Below, piece by piece: positions 15,738-25,526 of a DNA stretch of 46,574 nt. Source of the stretch: Clostridia bacterium (GTDB taxonomy: Bacteria > Bacillota > Clostridia > Oscillospirales > Acutalibacteraceae); assembly GCA_017547465.1 (NCBI GenBank), contig JAFYPN010000098.1, positions 1 through 46,574 on the forward strand, read 5' to 3'. Under the pieces are notes generated by a model. The model was not told where the DNA came from. It saw only the letters and a program-made list of their open reading frames with translations, and did no database searches. Within the stretch, counting starts at the first letter, position 1, and each line of letters begins with the position of its first letter. A program made the position numbers and the translations under genes.

Positions 15738-16526
15738 ATGCTCGGAACAGGCGGAATTGGCATCGCGATGCGCGTGTTTGTTGCCGTCATCTGTTTGTGT
15801 ATCTGTGTGTGGGGAATCCTGCCGTCGTTTACCGGTCGGTTTCACTCCGGTTGCCTGACGATGGTGATCGTCGGTACACTTGGTATCGCCGCGTGTCTTC
15901 TGTTCCCACAAATGGCGGTTCTCTGTTGCCGTGCTTGGCAAAGCGGTGCCGGGAAAGCGGTGTTGTGCGGTATAGCAGGAGCGATCAGTGCGCTGGTGCT
16001 GTTGTTTATTACTCTGTCAGTGTGTATGATCGCAGCATGTACCAAGAAACCGCGGGAGGATGCCACCCTTATTGTGCTGGGTGCCGCTTTGCGTGGGGAT
16101 CAGCCGAGTGCGCTGTTGCGCGGACGATTGGAAGCGGCGTATCTGTACCTGACCCGACATTCGGATGCGGTGTGCATTGTTTCCGGCGGACAGGGCGAGG
16201 ATGAGATCTGCACCGAGGCCAGTGTTATGAAAACATACCTGACGGATAAAGGCATTGATTCCGCACGCATCTATATGGAGGAAAGCTCAACCAGCACGTT
16301 TGAAAATATTCGTCATTCGCGTGCGCTGATTGAGCAGTATGGCTTAAATACGGAGATTGCGATCGTGACGCAGGACTTTCACCAGTTCCGCGCTCAGCAG
16401 TTTGCAAAGCGTGCGGGACTCACGGTGTCCGGCGCGGTTACCGCACATACACCGTGGCATTTACTTGGTAGTTATTGGATTCGTGATTTTGCCGGTATTT
16501 GCCATATGGCGTTGTTGGGAACGTAA
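15738..16526 (+). CDS. YdcF/DUF218-family membrane protein (SanA/ElyC-like)
   Basis: 262-aa ORF with N-terminal TM helices and then the DUF218 core (LIVLGAALRGDQPS ... IVSGGQG ... ESSTSTFEN). AAGGAGGGG SD upstream. Confidence 0.8.
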   Translation: MLGTGGIGIAMRVFVAVICLCICVWGILPSFTGRFHSGCLTMVIVGTLGIAACLLFPQMAVLCCRAWQSGAGKAVLCGIAGAISALVLLFITLSVCMIAACTKKPREDATLIVLGAALRGDQPSALLRGRLEAAYLYLTRHSDAVCIVSGGQGEDEICTEASVMKTYLTDKGIDSARIYMEESSTSTFENIRHSRALIEQYGLNTEIAIVTQDFHQFRAQQFAKRAGLTVSGAVTAHTPWHLLGSYWIRDFAGICHMALLGT

Positions 16527-16567
16527 TAAATACCTTTGCCGTAATTTTAATAAACAGGAGTGTTATT

Positions 16568-17524
16568 ATGGAAAAAAAGTATCACGAACTCGCGCTCAAG
16601 ATTCAAGAAGAGATCAAATCCGTTGTTTTGGGAAAAGACGAGGTTATTACGAAGGTTCTTGCTTCCACGCTTGCGGGCGGCCATATTTTGCTCGATGATA
16701 TTCCCGGCGTCGGGAAAACAACCTTAGCACTTGCGTTTTCTCGCGCTACCAGCATGGACTATCACAGACTCCAGTTTACACCCGACGTATTGCCTTCCGA
16801 TGTTACAGGGTTTACCATCTACGATAAAAACACAGAAACCTTCCAATATAAGGATGGCGTTGCCGTTTGCAATCTATTCCTTGCCGATGAGATAAACAGA
16901 ACCTCGTCAAAAACCCAATCGGCACTTCTTGAGCTGATGGAGGAGGGGAAGGTTACCGTTGACGGCGTTGAGCATCCTTTGCCTGATCCGTACGTTGTGA
17001 TTGCAACACAGAATCCAATCGGCTCTGTCGGAACACAAATGCTTCCCGACTCACAGCTCGACAGATTTATGATCTGCGTTTCTATGGGATACCCTTCCAT
17101 AGAGGACGAGGTTACTCTTCTCAAGGACAGACAGGATAAAAATCCGCTTGAGCTTGTCAAATCTGTTGCAGACAAGGACGATATCAAGGCTATGCGAGAG
17201 GTGGTTAAAACCATCTATACCCATGACAGAATATACGACTATATTGCTGCCATCGCGGACGAGACCCGCAAAAACGAAATGTTCAAGCTTGGTCTGAGTC
17301 CTCGCGGGACACTGACGCTGTCAAGACTTTCGCGTGCCATTGCGTTTCTTCGCGGCAGAGATTTTGTTATTCCTGACGATGTTGCCTACATATTCCGCGA
17401 TGTTGCCGCCCACAGGGTTGTCTTAAGCCCCAAGGCGAAAATAGCAGGTCTTTCAGTAGAGGATGTTTTAACCGGGGTGCTTGAAAAAGTTCCTGTACCG
17501 ACATTAGCACAAGGAAGAGTATAA
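16568..17524 (+). CDS. MoxR-family AAA+ ATPase
   Basis: I trimmed the ORF to the MEKKYHEL start (AGGAG SD). It has Walker A (DIPGVGKTT), Walker B (LFLADEINR) and the MoxR-typical VIATQNPIG ... LDRF motifs. Confidence 0.9.
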   Translation: MEKKYHELALKIQEEIKSVVLGKDEVITKVLASTLAGGHILLDDIPGVGKTTLALAFSRATSMDYHRLQFTPDVLPSDVTGFTIYDKNTETFQYKDGVAVCNLFLADEINRTSSKTQSALLELMEEGKVTVDGVEHPLPDPYVVIATQNPIGSVGTQMLPDSQLDRFMICVSMGYPSIEDEVTLLKDRQDKNPLELVKSVADKDDIKAMREVVKTIYTHDRIYDYIAAIADETRKNEMFKLGLSPRGTLTLSRLSRAIAFLRGRDFVIPDDVAYIFRDVAAHRVVLSPKAKIAGLSVEDVLTGVLEKVPVPTLAQGRV

Positions 17525-18712
17525 ATGACAAAAGAAAAACTCATATATTTGGCAGTTGCCATTATTTCGGGTGTCTTTTTTATCTTGTACCGCGATCCGC
17601 TTGCGTTTATTTTGTTTTTGGTGATTCTTGCCGTACCAATACTTCTTTTTATGCTGACGGTTTTCATGCGTCTTGGTATCAACATAACGATTGAGACCGG
17701 TCGCCCCGTTTGCTTTTGCGGCGAAAAGGCAAAAATGTCGCTTGTCATAGCAAACTATTCCCTGCTTCCCGTTTCGCAAATAAAGGTGTTTGCCAATTAC
17801 CAAAATGTATTTCTTCAGTGCGAGGATGTTGCGGAGTTCAATTTTTTTGCATCACCATTGTCTAAAAATCGCTATGAAATTGAGATGGATTCCCGCCACG
17901 CAGGCAGGGTGGACATTCTTTTTAAAAAGGCGCGTGTTTTGGATTATTTTGGTGTGTTTTCTCTTCCGTTGCGCATAAGGAAAACGGTTTCCGTTCGCTT
18001 TCTGCCAAAGCTTCATCTGATTGAGCCAACCCTACGCAAAAACAACCACCTTGCAAGTGAGGCAACGCGCTATTCGGCGCACAAGCCGGGCGATGATCCG
18101 ACAGAGGTTTTTGCGATTCGGGAGTACGTAGACGGGGATCGGTTTAGTCGTATTCATTGGAAACTGACCTCGAAGCAAGATACCTATATGGTTAAAGATT
18201 ACAGTTTGCCGATCAACGAGGCGGTTTTGATATTGCCTGAGATTGCTGTTGACGGCGGACAAGAAGCAGACCTTGATCTTGTTGATGCGGTCTTGGAAAT
18301 AGCCTTCTCCCTTTCGCATACGTTAATCGAGCAAAAAACCCTGCACGTTGTGGGGTATTATAATGCCGAGGCGGACAAGATCTGTACTCAACAGATAACC
18401 GATCTGCAGGATCTTTATTCGGTGTTTGGGGCTATGTTTAACGTATCCCGATACTACAGTCACCACATTTTAACACAAGTGGATGCCGATGTACAACAAA
18501 GCATGACGCACATCGTTTATATCGGCGCGAATATTACGGCACATCGGTACGCAATGTTATCGTCAACAAAAAAATCCACGCTTCACTATACGGTTATCAA
18601 TGTTGTCGACGATGATGCCGTTGTCGATACCGACATGGCAAGTGAGGAACTCAATATAATTTCCGTTAAAAAAAGCCGCATAGCGCAGCATCTTAACGAT
18701 GCGGTTTTGTAG
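17525..18712 (+). CDS. DUF58 (vWA-like) protein with two N-terminal TM helices
   Basis: 395-aa ORF with the DUF58 signature REYVDGDRFSRIHWKLTSKQDTYMVKDY. Its start abuts the MoxR stop codon. Confidence 0.85.
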   Translation: MTKEKLIYLAVAIISGVFFILYRDPLAFILFLVILAVPILLFMLTVFMRLGINITIETGRPVCFCGEKAKMSLVIANYSLLPVSQIKVFANYQNVFLQCEDVAEFNFFASPLSKNRYEIEMDSRHAGRVDILFKKARVLDYFGVFSLPLRIRKTVSVRFLPKLHLIEPTLRKNNHLASEATRYSAHKPGDDPTEVFAIREYVDGDRFSRIHWKLTSKQDTYMVKDYSLPINEAVLILPEIAVDGGQEADLDLVDAVLEIAFSLSHTLIEQKTLHVVGYYNAEADKICTQQITDLQDLYSVFGAMFNVSRYYSHHILTQVDADVQQSMTHIVYIGANITAHRYAMLSSTKKSTLHYTVINVVDDDAVVDTDMASEELNIISVKKSRIAQHLNDAVL

Positions 18713-18768
18713 TCGAAACTGCCGCGCGTGTGTGGCGGGGACGAATATTTTACTCGATAGGAGTTATT

Positions 18769-21195
18769 ATGAGAAACAAACAAAAACTGTCGGCGGTGGG
18801 GAACGGAGTTTCGTTTTCCTATAAGGCTGAGGTTAACGAGCGAATAAAAATCCCGTTTTTTAATGAGATATTGCTTACGTTGCTTGTGATCCTGGCTTCT
18901 GTCGGTGCGATTATGACGTTTTCCACCGTTTTGAACTTCAAAATCGCACCGCATGTTGTTATCTCGTGTATTGCATTATTTTCGGTTTTATATACGGTTT
19001 TGTATAAACTCATTAAGGAACGGTGTTATTGCGTTATCATAGGAGCGACAGTTCTGGCGAGCGTTATCGCGTTGCTGTTCCTACAACAGTTTTCCCAAGG
19101 CGTTACGATCCTGTTTGATCAGTCAAAAATCACGATCCATGAATCGATGTACTGGAAAGAAATTGTGCCGACATACGAATGGCAGGATAACTTTCTTACT
19201 TTGACGAATTTCGTTACGATTCTTTTATCGATGGTGCTTTGTGCAGCCATCAGCTATTTTACGATTGTAAAACAAAGTTTTATTGGTGTTTTTCTTCTGA
19301 CTTTCCCCTTTTTTGAGATCGGCGCGGCTTTTGGTGCTGTTCCTAACTATACGTATTTCTCATTGATGTTGGCATCGTGGGCGGCGTCTCTTACCATCTC
19401 AAGGGCGTCAAATTTAAAAATAAAAATCCGTCGTTCAAATGGCGAAAAACAGAAAACCAACATCAGTGGAAATACGCAAAAATTCGTAGGGGTTGCCATT
19501 GTTATGGCGATGATGGTTGTTTTGCTGTTTACCGGTATGACAACCTATCTCGATGCGATCGACTTCACCCGCAACGAAAATACGGATACCTTAAGGCGCG
19601 GCATTAAGGTTGCGTTTGCGGATTTTGTTGATTATGTCACCGGGGTCGATCACGACGGAAGCCTAAAAGACGGGAAACTGTATGCGGTGGATGATCGTGT
19701 TGTCAAAAACAGACATTATATTACCATGGAGACCACGCTGAGTTCCATTAAGGAACCCATAAAAATCAAGGGTTATACTGCCACGCTATATAGAGATAAC
19801 TGTTGGAATCAAACCGATCAATACGAACAGTATCAAACGATGTTTGACGGCTTTAAAAATTCTTTTTATCAGATGGGTCTCAATACGGGTTTTCTGGCTC
19901 TCAGCAGCCCCGATTTTACGGACGAGTATTTTTCATACATTACCATGAGTGATTTTCGACGTAAAAAGCCGTACGTTTACGAAACATATTTTGCAGATTT
20001 TTCTTCCGGTTACGAGACCGTTTATGACAGCTATGTAGTACCTACAGACAAGTCCAAGTATACGTATCAAGCGTTTCTTTCGGAACGGTATCTTGCCATG
20101 GTTCCCAGCTCGATCAGTTACAAAAAAGAAGATTATCAAGCGGCGTTTGCGCAATATGTTGAGTTTGTCAATCGGGAATATATCAAGTCCGAGGCGACCT
20201 ATCGGGTTAAAACGCTTGCCATGAATTTCGAGGCGGCGGATAAATACGATTATATCAACCAGGTGCGCACATACCTGGAACAAAACATAGAGCACACCAC
20301 ATTATCGGGGAAATGCCCGGAAAATGTCGATTTCGTTGAAAATTTCCTCTTTAACACCCAAGCGGGATATAGCACACATTTTGCCTCTGCTGCCGCTGTG
20401 TTGTTGCAGGCAAGAGGGTATGCCGCCCGCTATATTGAGGGATATTACATCCCTGTCGATGCCTTTAATCAAACGCCGTCCGACCGGGTGTTGGGATATA
20501 AAACCATCGACATTACCGATCAGTATGCACATGCGTGGATCGAGGTGTTTGATGAAACGTACGGTTGGATTCCCGTGGAAGTGACGCCGGGATATTGGAG
20601 CGGCGATTTCAGCCAACTCCAACCGCCCGATTCACTGGAAGAAACACCGCCCGAAGCTGAGCCTGATCCTCCCATGAAATCGGAAGGGGACATAACGGTA
20701 GATGTGGACATCGTCGATGACGATACGGATGTCGGTGCTGAACAGAAGTACAAGCCTTATACCGACAAAAATGCACTATGGCTCTTACTCGCTATTCCGC
20801 TGATAGTATTTTTGGCGGTGTTTGTCGCTCTGACGATCCACGTGACTTCGGTTGTTTCAAGAAAACGCGTATACGCGTCGGACGATATCAATAAAAAATT
20901 GAGATTTTCTTATAAATATCTGGTGAGGATCGCGGCGCATCAAAAGATTAAAATGGGGAACGTCTATAATCATACGGCGCTGGTTGAGCATATGGGTAGT
21001 CGGATCCCGCATATTCCTGTGGATAGACTAGCCTATGTTTTCAATGTCTTGTTAAAGCATGCGTATTCTCAAACGCCGGCAACGCCGGAGCAAGCGAATG
21101 AGGTTCTGAAAGAACTGTGTATATTCTCGGATGCGATCTATGCTGAATTGTCAAAAGGTAAGAAGTTAGTGTATAAATACCTGTGGAACCTGTAA
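18769..21195 (+). CDS. Transglutaminase-like polytopic membrane protein (TgpA/YebA-like), nucleophile position Ser
   Basis: I trimmed the ORF to the MRNKQKL start (TAGGAG SD). It has multiple N-terminal TM helices and a TGase core (GYSTHFASAAAVLLQARGYAARYIEGY ... HAWIEVFDETYGWIPVEVTP). An acidic linker, a further TM helix and a C-terminal domain follow. Confidence 0.85.
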   Translation: MRNKQKLSAVGNGVSFSYKAEVNERIKIPFFNEILLTLLVILASVGAIMTFSTVLNFKIAPHVVISCIALFSVLYTVLYKLIKERCYCVIIGATVLASVIALLFLQQFSQGVTILFDQSKITIHESMYWKEIVPTYEWQDNFLTLTNFVTILLSMVLCAAISYFTIVKQSFIGVFLLTFPFFEIGAAFGAVPNYTYFSLMLASWAASLTISRASNLKIKIRRSNGEKQKTNISGNTQKFVGVAIVMAMMVVLLFTGMTTYLDAIDFTRNENTDTLRRGIKVAFADFVDYVTGVDHDGSLKDGKLYAVDDRVVKNRHYITMETTLSSIKEPIKIKGYTATLYRDNCWNQTDQYEQYQTMFDGFKNSFYQMGLNTGFLALSSPDFTDEYFSYITMSDFRRKKPYVYETYFADFSSGYETVYDSYVVPTDKSKYTYQAFLSERYLAMVPSSISYKKEDYQAAFAQYVEFVNREYIKSEATYRVKTLAMNFEAADKYDYINQVRTYLEQNIEHTTLSGKCPENVDFVENFLFNTQAGYSTHFASAAAVLLQARGYAARYIEGYYIPVDAFNQTPSDRVLGYKTIDITDQYAHAWIEVFDETYGWIPVEVTPGYWSGDFSQLQPPDSLEETPPEAEPDPPMKSEGDITVDVDIVDDDTDVGAEQKYKPYTDKNALWLLLAIPLIVFLAVFVALTIHVTSVVSRKRVYASDDINKKLRFSYKYLVRIAAHQKIKMGNVYNHTALVEHMGSRIPHIPVDRLAYVFNVLLKHAYSQTPATPEQANEVLKELCIFSDAIYAELSKGKKLVYKYLWNL

Positions 21196-21237
21196 AAAAG
21201 ATCCGCGGTAACGCCAAAGCGTTACCGTGGATCTTTT
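21196..21237. terminator. Bidirectional terminator
   Basis: Long stem AAAAGATCCGCGGTAACGC-CAAA-GCGTTACCGTGGATCTTTT between convergent genes. Confidence 0.85.
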
Positions 21238-21238
21238 A

Positions 21239-21745
21239 TCATTCGTTAACTTGGGTGTCGGAAAAGGTAACGGTTAAGGGGAGCGATGGAATAGAGAGTG
21301 ACAGCGGCATGCCGGTGGAGGCATCGTATACATAGGTGTATTGCGCATTGCCGGATAGGCCGGAAACGGTCACCTTGCCGTCCGCTTCCTGTCGTTCACC
21401 GTCGCCTCGCAGAGCGGCGTCAAAGGCGGTGATGAGTCCTTCGCCTAATGCGCTTTCGGGAAGTTTGTCGGGGTCTACATCGTAAGACAATCCCCCATAC
21501 TTTAATGTTACCTTTTCACCATTCCATTCGGCAGAAAGACCGGCCAGGGTTTCCGGCTTTGAAAATTGGAGCAGCAGCGTTCCCGCCGTACGGCGGGTGA
21601 GGGTGCCGGTGGCGGTCAGGTCGTTATACTGTGCTTGAAACTCGCACACAAAATCTACCGCAACCGGTTCGGTCGGTTGTTTACGGCTGCAACCGGTTAA
21701 TACGATCAAACATGTGAAGCACAGCACCAAAATACGACGGGACAT
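21239..21745 (-). CDS. Lipoprotein, function unknown
   Basis: 168-aa ORF with a signal peptide and lipobox (LIVLTGC). AAGGAG SD upstream. The mature part is predicted to be beta-rich. Confidence 0.7.
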   Translation of the reverse strand: MSRRILVLCFTCLIVLTGCSRKQPTEPVAVDFVCEFQAQYNDLTATGTLTRRTAGTLLLQFSKPETLAGLSAEWNGEKVTLKYGGLSYDVDPDKLPESALGEGLITAFDAALRGDGERQEADGKVTVSGLSGNAQYTYVYDASTGMPLSLSIPSLPLTVTFSDTQVNE

Positions 21746-21759
21746 GAATGGTCTACTCC

Positions 21760-22614
21760 TTATGATTCAAGTTGCAGAAACAGCGTCCCCAGTTCATCCA
21801 AGATGTCAATTGGCAGCATCGCGCGCTGTGACAACCTCTCGGCGGCAAGATCTCCTGCCGCGCCATGCAGATACACACCGCAACGCGTGGCGTCCCAAGG
21901 GGGTATCCCTTGCGCCAAAAGCCCCGCGATCATGCCGGCCAACACATCACCACTGCCGGCGACCGCCATGCCGGGATTGCCGGTTTCGTTGATGTACATC
22001 CCACCGTTTGAATCGGCAATCACCGTGCGGTGCCCTTTGAGCACCACGATTACATCGAAACGAGCAGCGGCGGTTTGTGCGGCGGCTTGTCGGTTCGTTT
22101 GCACCTGCTCGACAGAGCAACCAAGCAGACGCGCAAGTTCTTTAGGATGCGGTGTCAGGATAAGCGGGGGATGCGCTGTTTCCAGTATAGATATATGCCG
22201 TGCGGCGGCATTTATACCATCGGCATCCAAAACAACCGGACCGTCTGTCCTGCTCAGAAGCGCTTCTGTCAATTGTGCAGTGGCCGCGGTGTTACCGAGT
22301 CCGCAACCAATCAGCAGAGCGGTGCATTTTTGCAAGTGCGGTGTTAGTATTTGGATATCGTCGGCGCATGTGTGGGCTTTTAACGGCGCGAAGACGACCT
22401 CAGGCAACTGTGCCGCCGCGATGGGGTAGATAGACTCGGGTAAGGCGGCAATCACCAGTCCGGTTCCGCAACGACCGGCAGCGCGGGCGGCAAGCATTGC
22501 CGCCCCAGCCATGCCATAGCTGCCGCAGACCGAGAGCAGGGTGCCGTAGGTGCCTTTGTGGCTGTCTACCGCCCGTGTCGGGAAACAGCGTTTGATCGAC
22601 TCAGGAATGTTCAT
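21760..22614 (-). CDS. nnrD: ADP-dependent NAD(P)H-hydrate dehydratase (YjeF C-terminal domain type)
   Basis: 284-aa ORF with the motifs HKGTYGTLLSVCGS..GMAGAAMLAARAA, VLDADG and GNPGMAVAGSGDVLAG, typical of the carbohydrate-kinase-like Nnr dehydratase. Confidence 0.9.
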   Translation of the reverse strand: MNIPESIKRCFPTRAVDSHKGTYGTLLSVCGSYGMAGAAMLAARAAGRCGTGLVIAALPESIYPIAAAQLPEVVFAPLKAHTCADDIQILTPHLQKCTALLIGCGLGNTAATAQLTEALLSRTDGPVVLDADGINAAARHISILETAHPPLILTPHPKELARLLGCSVEQVQTNRQAAAQTAAARFDVIVVLKGHRTVIADSNGGMYINETGNPGMAVAGSGDVLAGMIAGLLAQGIPPWDATRCGVYLHGAAGDLAAERLSQRAMLPIDILDELGTLFLQLES

Positions 22615-22668
22615 TACCCTTGACTCCTTTGAAAAAAGGCAGCCGTCGGCTGCCTTTCAATGATTGCT

Positions 22669-23187
22669 TTATTCTTTATCCCAATCAAGCTGTACCAGCT
22701 TAGGTAAGCCTTCATACAGGGAATTCTTTACGCGGTCATCCGGTTGGAACACGACCAGCGTATGACCGCGTTTTTTACTGCGATAGGTAAAGTAATATAG
22801 GTTATCCTCACGGTTCGAGGGCGCGGCGATCACGGTGCGATCGATCGAACGGCCTGCCCATTTTTCCGGTATATATCGGCCGGCGCTTTCAATTTTTTTG
22901 CCGGATACTGACACGATACGTTGCCGCTTACGCTGTCCAACGATGCGATCAATGTCAATGTCTCCGTTGGTAACACAGTATTCATATTCAATGTTCTGAG
23001 CAGTCAACAGGTACCAGGCACCATAAAAAACACCCACGACGATCAACATGGAGATGGCGCCGGTAAATTCGATCAACAAAAGAGAAATCGCCAACAGCAC
23101 GAGCGCGAGCAAAATGGTCCCCACAATGGCCAGGATCTGCCCCGTACTTTTTTTCTTTTTAACTAACTGCTCCACAAAGAAATCCAT
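22669..23187 (-). CDS. Membrane protein, function unknown
   Basis: I trimmed the ORF to the MDFFVEQL start (AAAGGAG SD 8 nt upstream). It has two TM helices and then a soluble domain of about 100 aa. Confidence 0.6.
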   Translation of the reverse strand: MDFFVEQLVKKKKSTGQILAIVGTILLALVLLAISLLLIEFTGAISMLIVVGVFYGAWYLLTAQNIEYEYCVTNGDIDIDRIVGQRKRQRIVSVSGKKIESAGRYIPEKWAGRSIDRTVIAAPSNREDNLYYFTYRSKKRGHTLVVFQPDDRVKNSLYEGLPKLVQLDWDKE

Positions 23188-23271
23188 GGGCGAATCTCCT
23201 TTCACGTAGTCGTCTTTATTCCTCTAAAACAAGTATACCATAGTCAATTGTGGGATTGCAAGGGCTGAGGT

Positions 23272-25110
23272 TTAATTTTCTTGGAAATATTGTACAACTG
23301 CTTCTGCGGCGGCACGCGTCATTCCCTTGACCGCTGTCAGTTGCTCTATATTGGCAGACTTGACGGCTCGCAGTGATCCGAAATGCCGCAACAGTAACAT
23401 CGCGCGCTTGGTGCCGATGCCCGGAATCTCGGTCAGTGTTGTGGCGACACCTTGCTTTTGGCGCTTGGAACGATGATAGCGGATCGCGAAGCGGTGCACT
23501 TCCTCTTGAATAGCCGATACCAGGGTGAATGCGCTACGACGGGACTGGATGGAGAGCTCCGCACCCGCCTCGGTGATGGCGCGGGTGCGGTGATGCGAAT
23601 CCTTAACCATCCCAAACACGCGAATCCCGTACCCGAAGCTATCAACGAGTGGTTTGACAGCTGACACGTGGCCTTTGCCGCCGTCCAGCAAAATCAGATC
23701 AGGCAGCTCGCCGAATCCCGCATCGTCGGGGTTTTTGGAGTATTCCCTCAATCGGCGATCCAAGACCTCACACATACAGGCGTAATCGTCTTGTCCAACC
23801 ACGGTTTTGATCTCAAAACGGCGGTAGGCAGATTTGAACGGCTTTCCGTTTTTAAACACGATCATCGCGCCAACGACATCGCTCCCATCGGTATGGGAAA
23901 TATCATAGCTTTCAATACGGGCAGGCAGTTCGGGAAGTCCTAACAGCTGTTGCAATTCTTCGAGAGCAGAAACGTCGCGTCCGCGGATACTTAGCTGTTG
24001 TGCGACGCGTTCCGCGGCGTTGTCGCGGCACATCCTAAGAAGCTGCGCCTGTTCACCACGCTGCGGGAACACAAAGCGTACGGTGTAGCGTTCGCCGGCT
24101 GCTGTGGATTTTTCGGTCAACCACCGGGAGAGTAATTCGGCATCCTCGATCTCACCGTCCAATACGATGCGGGGCGGCACAGACTCACGCAGGGAATAAT
24201 AACGACGTACAAATTCCGCGCGAGTGGAGGGCAGCTCGTGTGACGGTTCCACAAAGAAGTGCTCTCGATCGGAAAGAGCGCCGTCGATAAAACGGAACAC
24301 CTCAAAACACGCGACACCCTGTGCTTGTGAAAACGCCAGGATATCCTGCCGCTTTATGCTTGATTGCACCACTTTCTGGTTGGCGCTGAGTTTTTCCAGT
24401 GCGCGTATCCGGTCACGCAGTCGTGCGGCCGTTTCAAAATCCAACACCTCGGATGCCGCCTCCATACGCTGACGCAGCAGCGCCGTAAGTTTGGAGCGGC
24501 CCTGAGTGAGATACGTGATTGCTTGCTCCACGCGATCGGCGTATTCGGCGGGGGATACCTTGCCGGTGCAAGGAGCACAGCATTGCCCGATGTAATGATT
24601 TAGGCAAGGGCGCTCACATGCCTTGTGATGTTGCAGAGGCTTGCGGCAGGTGGATAGTCCAAACAGTCGGTTTACCTCGTCTACCGCCTGCTTGATCGCA
24701 AAGGAAGACAGGTACGGTCCGATATATCGTGCGCCGTCCTCCGCTTTTTGTTTTGCCTCACTGATACGGGAAAAAGGGGGTGGAGATATGCGGATATAGT
24801 GATATCCCTTATCGTCTTTGAGCAGGATGTTGTACTTGGGGGAGTATTGCTTGATAAGTGAGCATTCCAGAATCAAAGCTTCAAACTCACTGCCGGTGAC
24901 AATATAATCAAAATGATCCACGCGACTGACCATCTGGCGAACCTTTTCCGTGTGAGTGGTATCCGAACCGAAATATTGGCTCACGCGGTTTTTCAGTGCC
25001 TTCGCCTTGCCGATATAAAGGATGGTTCCCTTTTGGTCCTTCATAATATATACACCGGGCTGGGGCGGCAACGCCAGTGCTTTTGCCCGCAGTTCAGATT
25101 TTTTATCCAT
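23272..25110 (-). CDS. uvrC: Excinuclease ABC subunit C
   Basis: 612-aa ORF with an N-terminal GIY-YIG domain (GVYIMKDQKGTILYIGKA), a UVR domain, an endonuclease domain and a C-terminal (HhH)2. Confidence 0.97.
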   Translation of the reverse strand: MDKKSELRAKALALPPQPGVYIMKDQKGTILYIGKAKALKNRVSQYFGSDTTHTEKVRQMVSRVDHFDYIVTGSEFEALILECSLIKQYSPKYNILLKDDKGYHYIRISPPPFSRISEAKQKAEDGARYIGPYLSSFAIKQAVDEVNRLFGLSTCRKPLQHHKACERPCLNHYIGQCCAPCTGKVSPAEYADRVEQAITYLTQGRSKLTALLRQRMEAASEVLDFETAARLRDRIRALEKLSANQKVVQSSIKRQDILAFSQAQGVACFEVFRFIDGALSDREHFFVEPSHELPSTRAEFVRRYYSLRESVPPRIVLDGEIEDAELLSRWLTEKSTAAGERYTVRFVFPQRGEQAQLLRMCRDNAAERVAQQLSIRGRDVSALEELQQLLGLPELPARIESYDISHTDGSDVVGAMIVFKNGKPFKSAYRRFEIKTVVGQDDYACMCEVLDRRLREYSKNPDDAGFGELPDLILLDGGKGHVSAVKPLVDSFGYGIRVFGMVKDSHHRTRAITEAGAELSIQSRRSAFTLVSAIQEEVHRFAIRYHRSKRQKQGVATTLTEIPGIGTKRAMLLLRHFGSLRAVKSANIEQLTAVKGMTRAAAEAVVQYFQEN

Positions 25111-25137
25111 TGCTCACACCTCCCGTAATCGAAATCA

Positions 25138-25170
25138 ACAAAAAAGCGCAGCCGCGGATGCGGTTGCGCT
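25138..25170 (-). terminator. Putative terminator after ptsH
   Basis: On the minus strand, the hairpin AGCGCAACCGC-ATCC-GCGGCTGCGCT (one mismatch) is followed by TTTTTTG. It ends only about 27 nt before the uvrC start. Confidence 0.5.
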
Positions 25171-25183
25171 TTCCTCACAATGT

Positions 25184-25447
25184 TTACTCGGTGAAACCGG
25201 ACTGTACCAAGGACACCAGCGCATCCACAGCCTGTTCTTCATCGTTGCCGTCGGCGATGATCCGAATGGTCGTACCGCCCACGATGCCGAGCGAAAGCAC
25301 GCCCAGCAAGCTCTTGGCGTTGACGCGGCGCTCCTCTTTCTCCACCCAAATTGACGACTTAAATTCGTTAGCCTTCTGAATAAAAAAAGTAGCCGGACGA
25401 GCATGTAAGCCTACTTGGTTTTGAACCAGCACATCTTTGACACACAT
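25184..25447 (-). CDS. ptsH: Phosphocarrier protein HPr
   Basis: 87-aa ORF with the His15 motif GLHARPA and the Ser46 region NAKSLLGVLSLG. Confidence 0.9.
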   Translation of the reverse strand: MCVKDVLVQNQVGLHARPATFFIQKANEFKSSIWVEKEERRVNAKSLLGVLSLGIVGGTTIRIIADGNDEEQAVDALVSLVQSGFTE

Positions 25448-25498
25448 ACGAATTACTCCTTCTTCTCATCACGTCTCGAGTCTTTCTATATTAATCAT

Positions 25499-25526
25499 AG
25501 TATACCACAAAGCGTGGCGCGGTCAA
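25499..25526 (-). promoter_or_regulatory. Putative promoter of ptsH
   Basis: On the minus strand: TTGACC, a 16-nt spacer ending in TG (extended -10), then TATACT. Confidence 0.5.

Noticed and set aside
25111-25183. The terminator-like hairpin only ~27 nt upstream of uvrC, as a possible regulatory element of uvrC
   Set aside because: It is most simply the ptsH terminator, with uvrC expressed by read-through or from a promoter inside ptsH. I saw no LexA/DinR-type box (GAAC-N4-GTTC), so I do not claim regulation.
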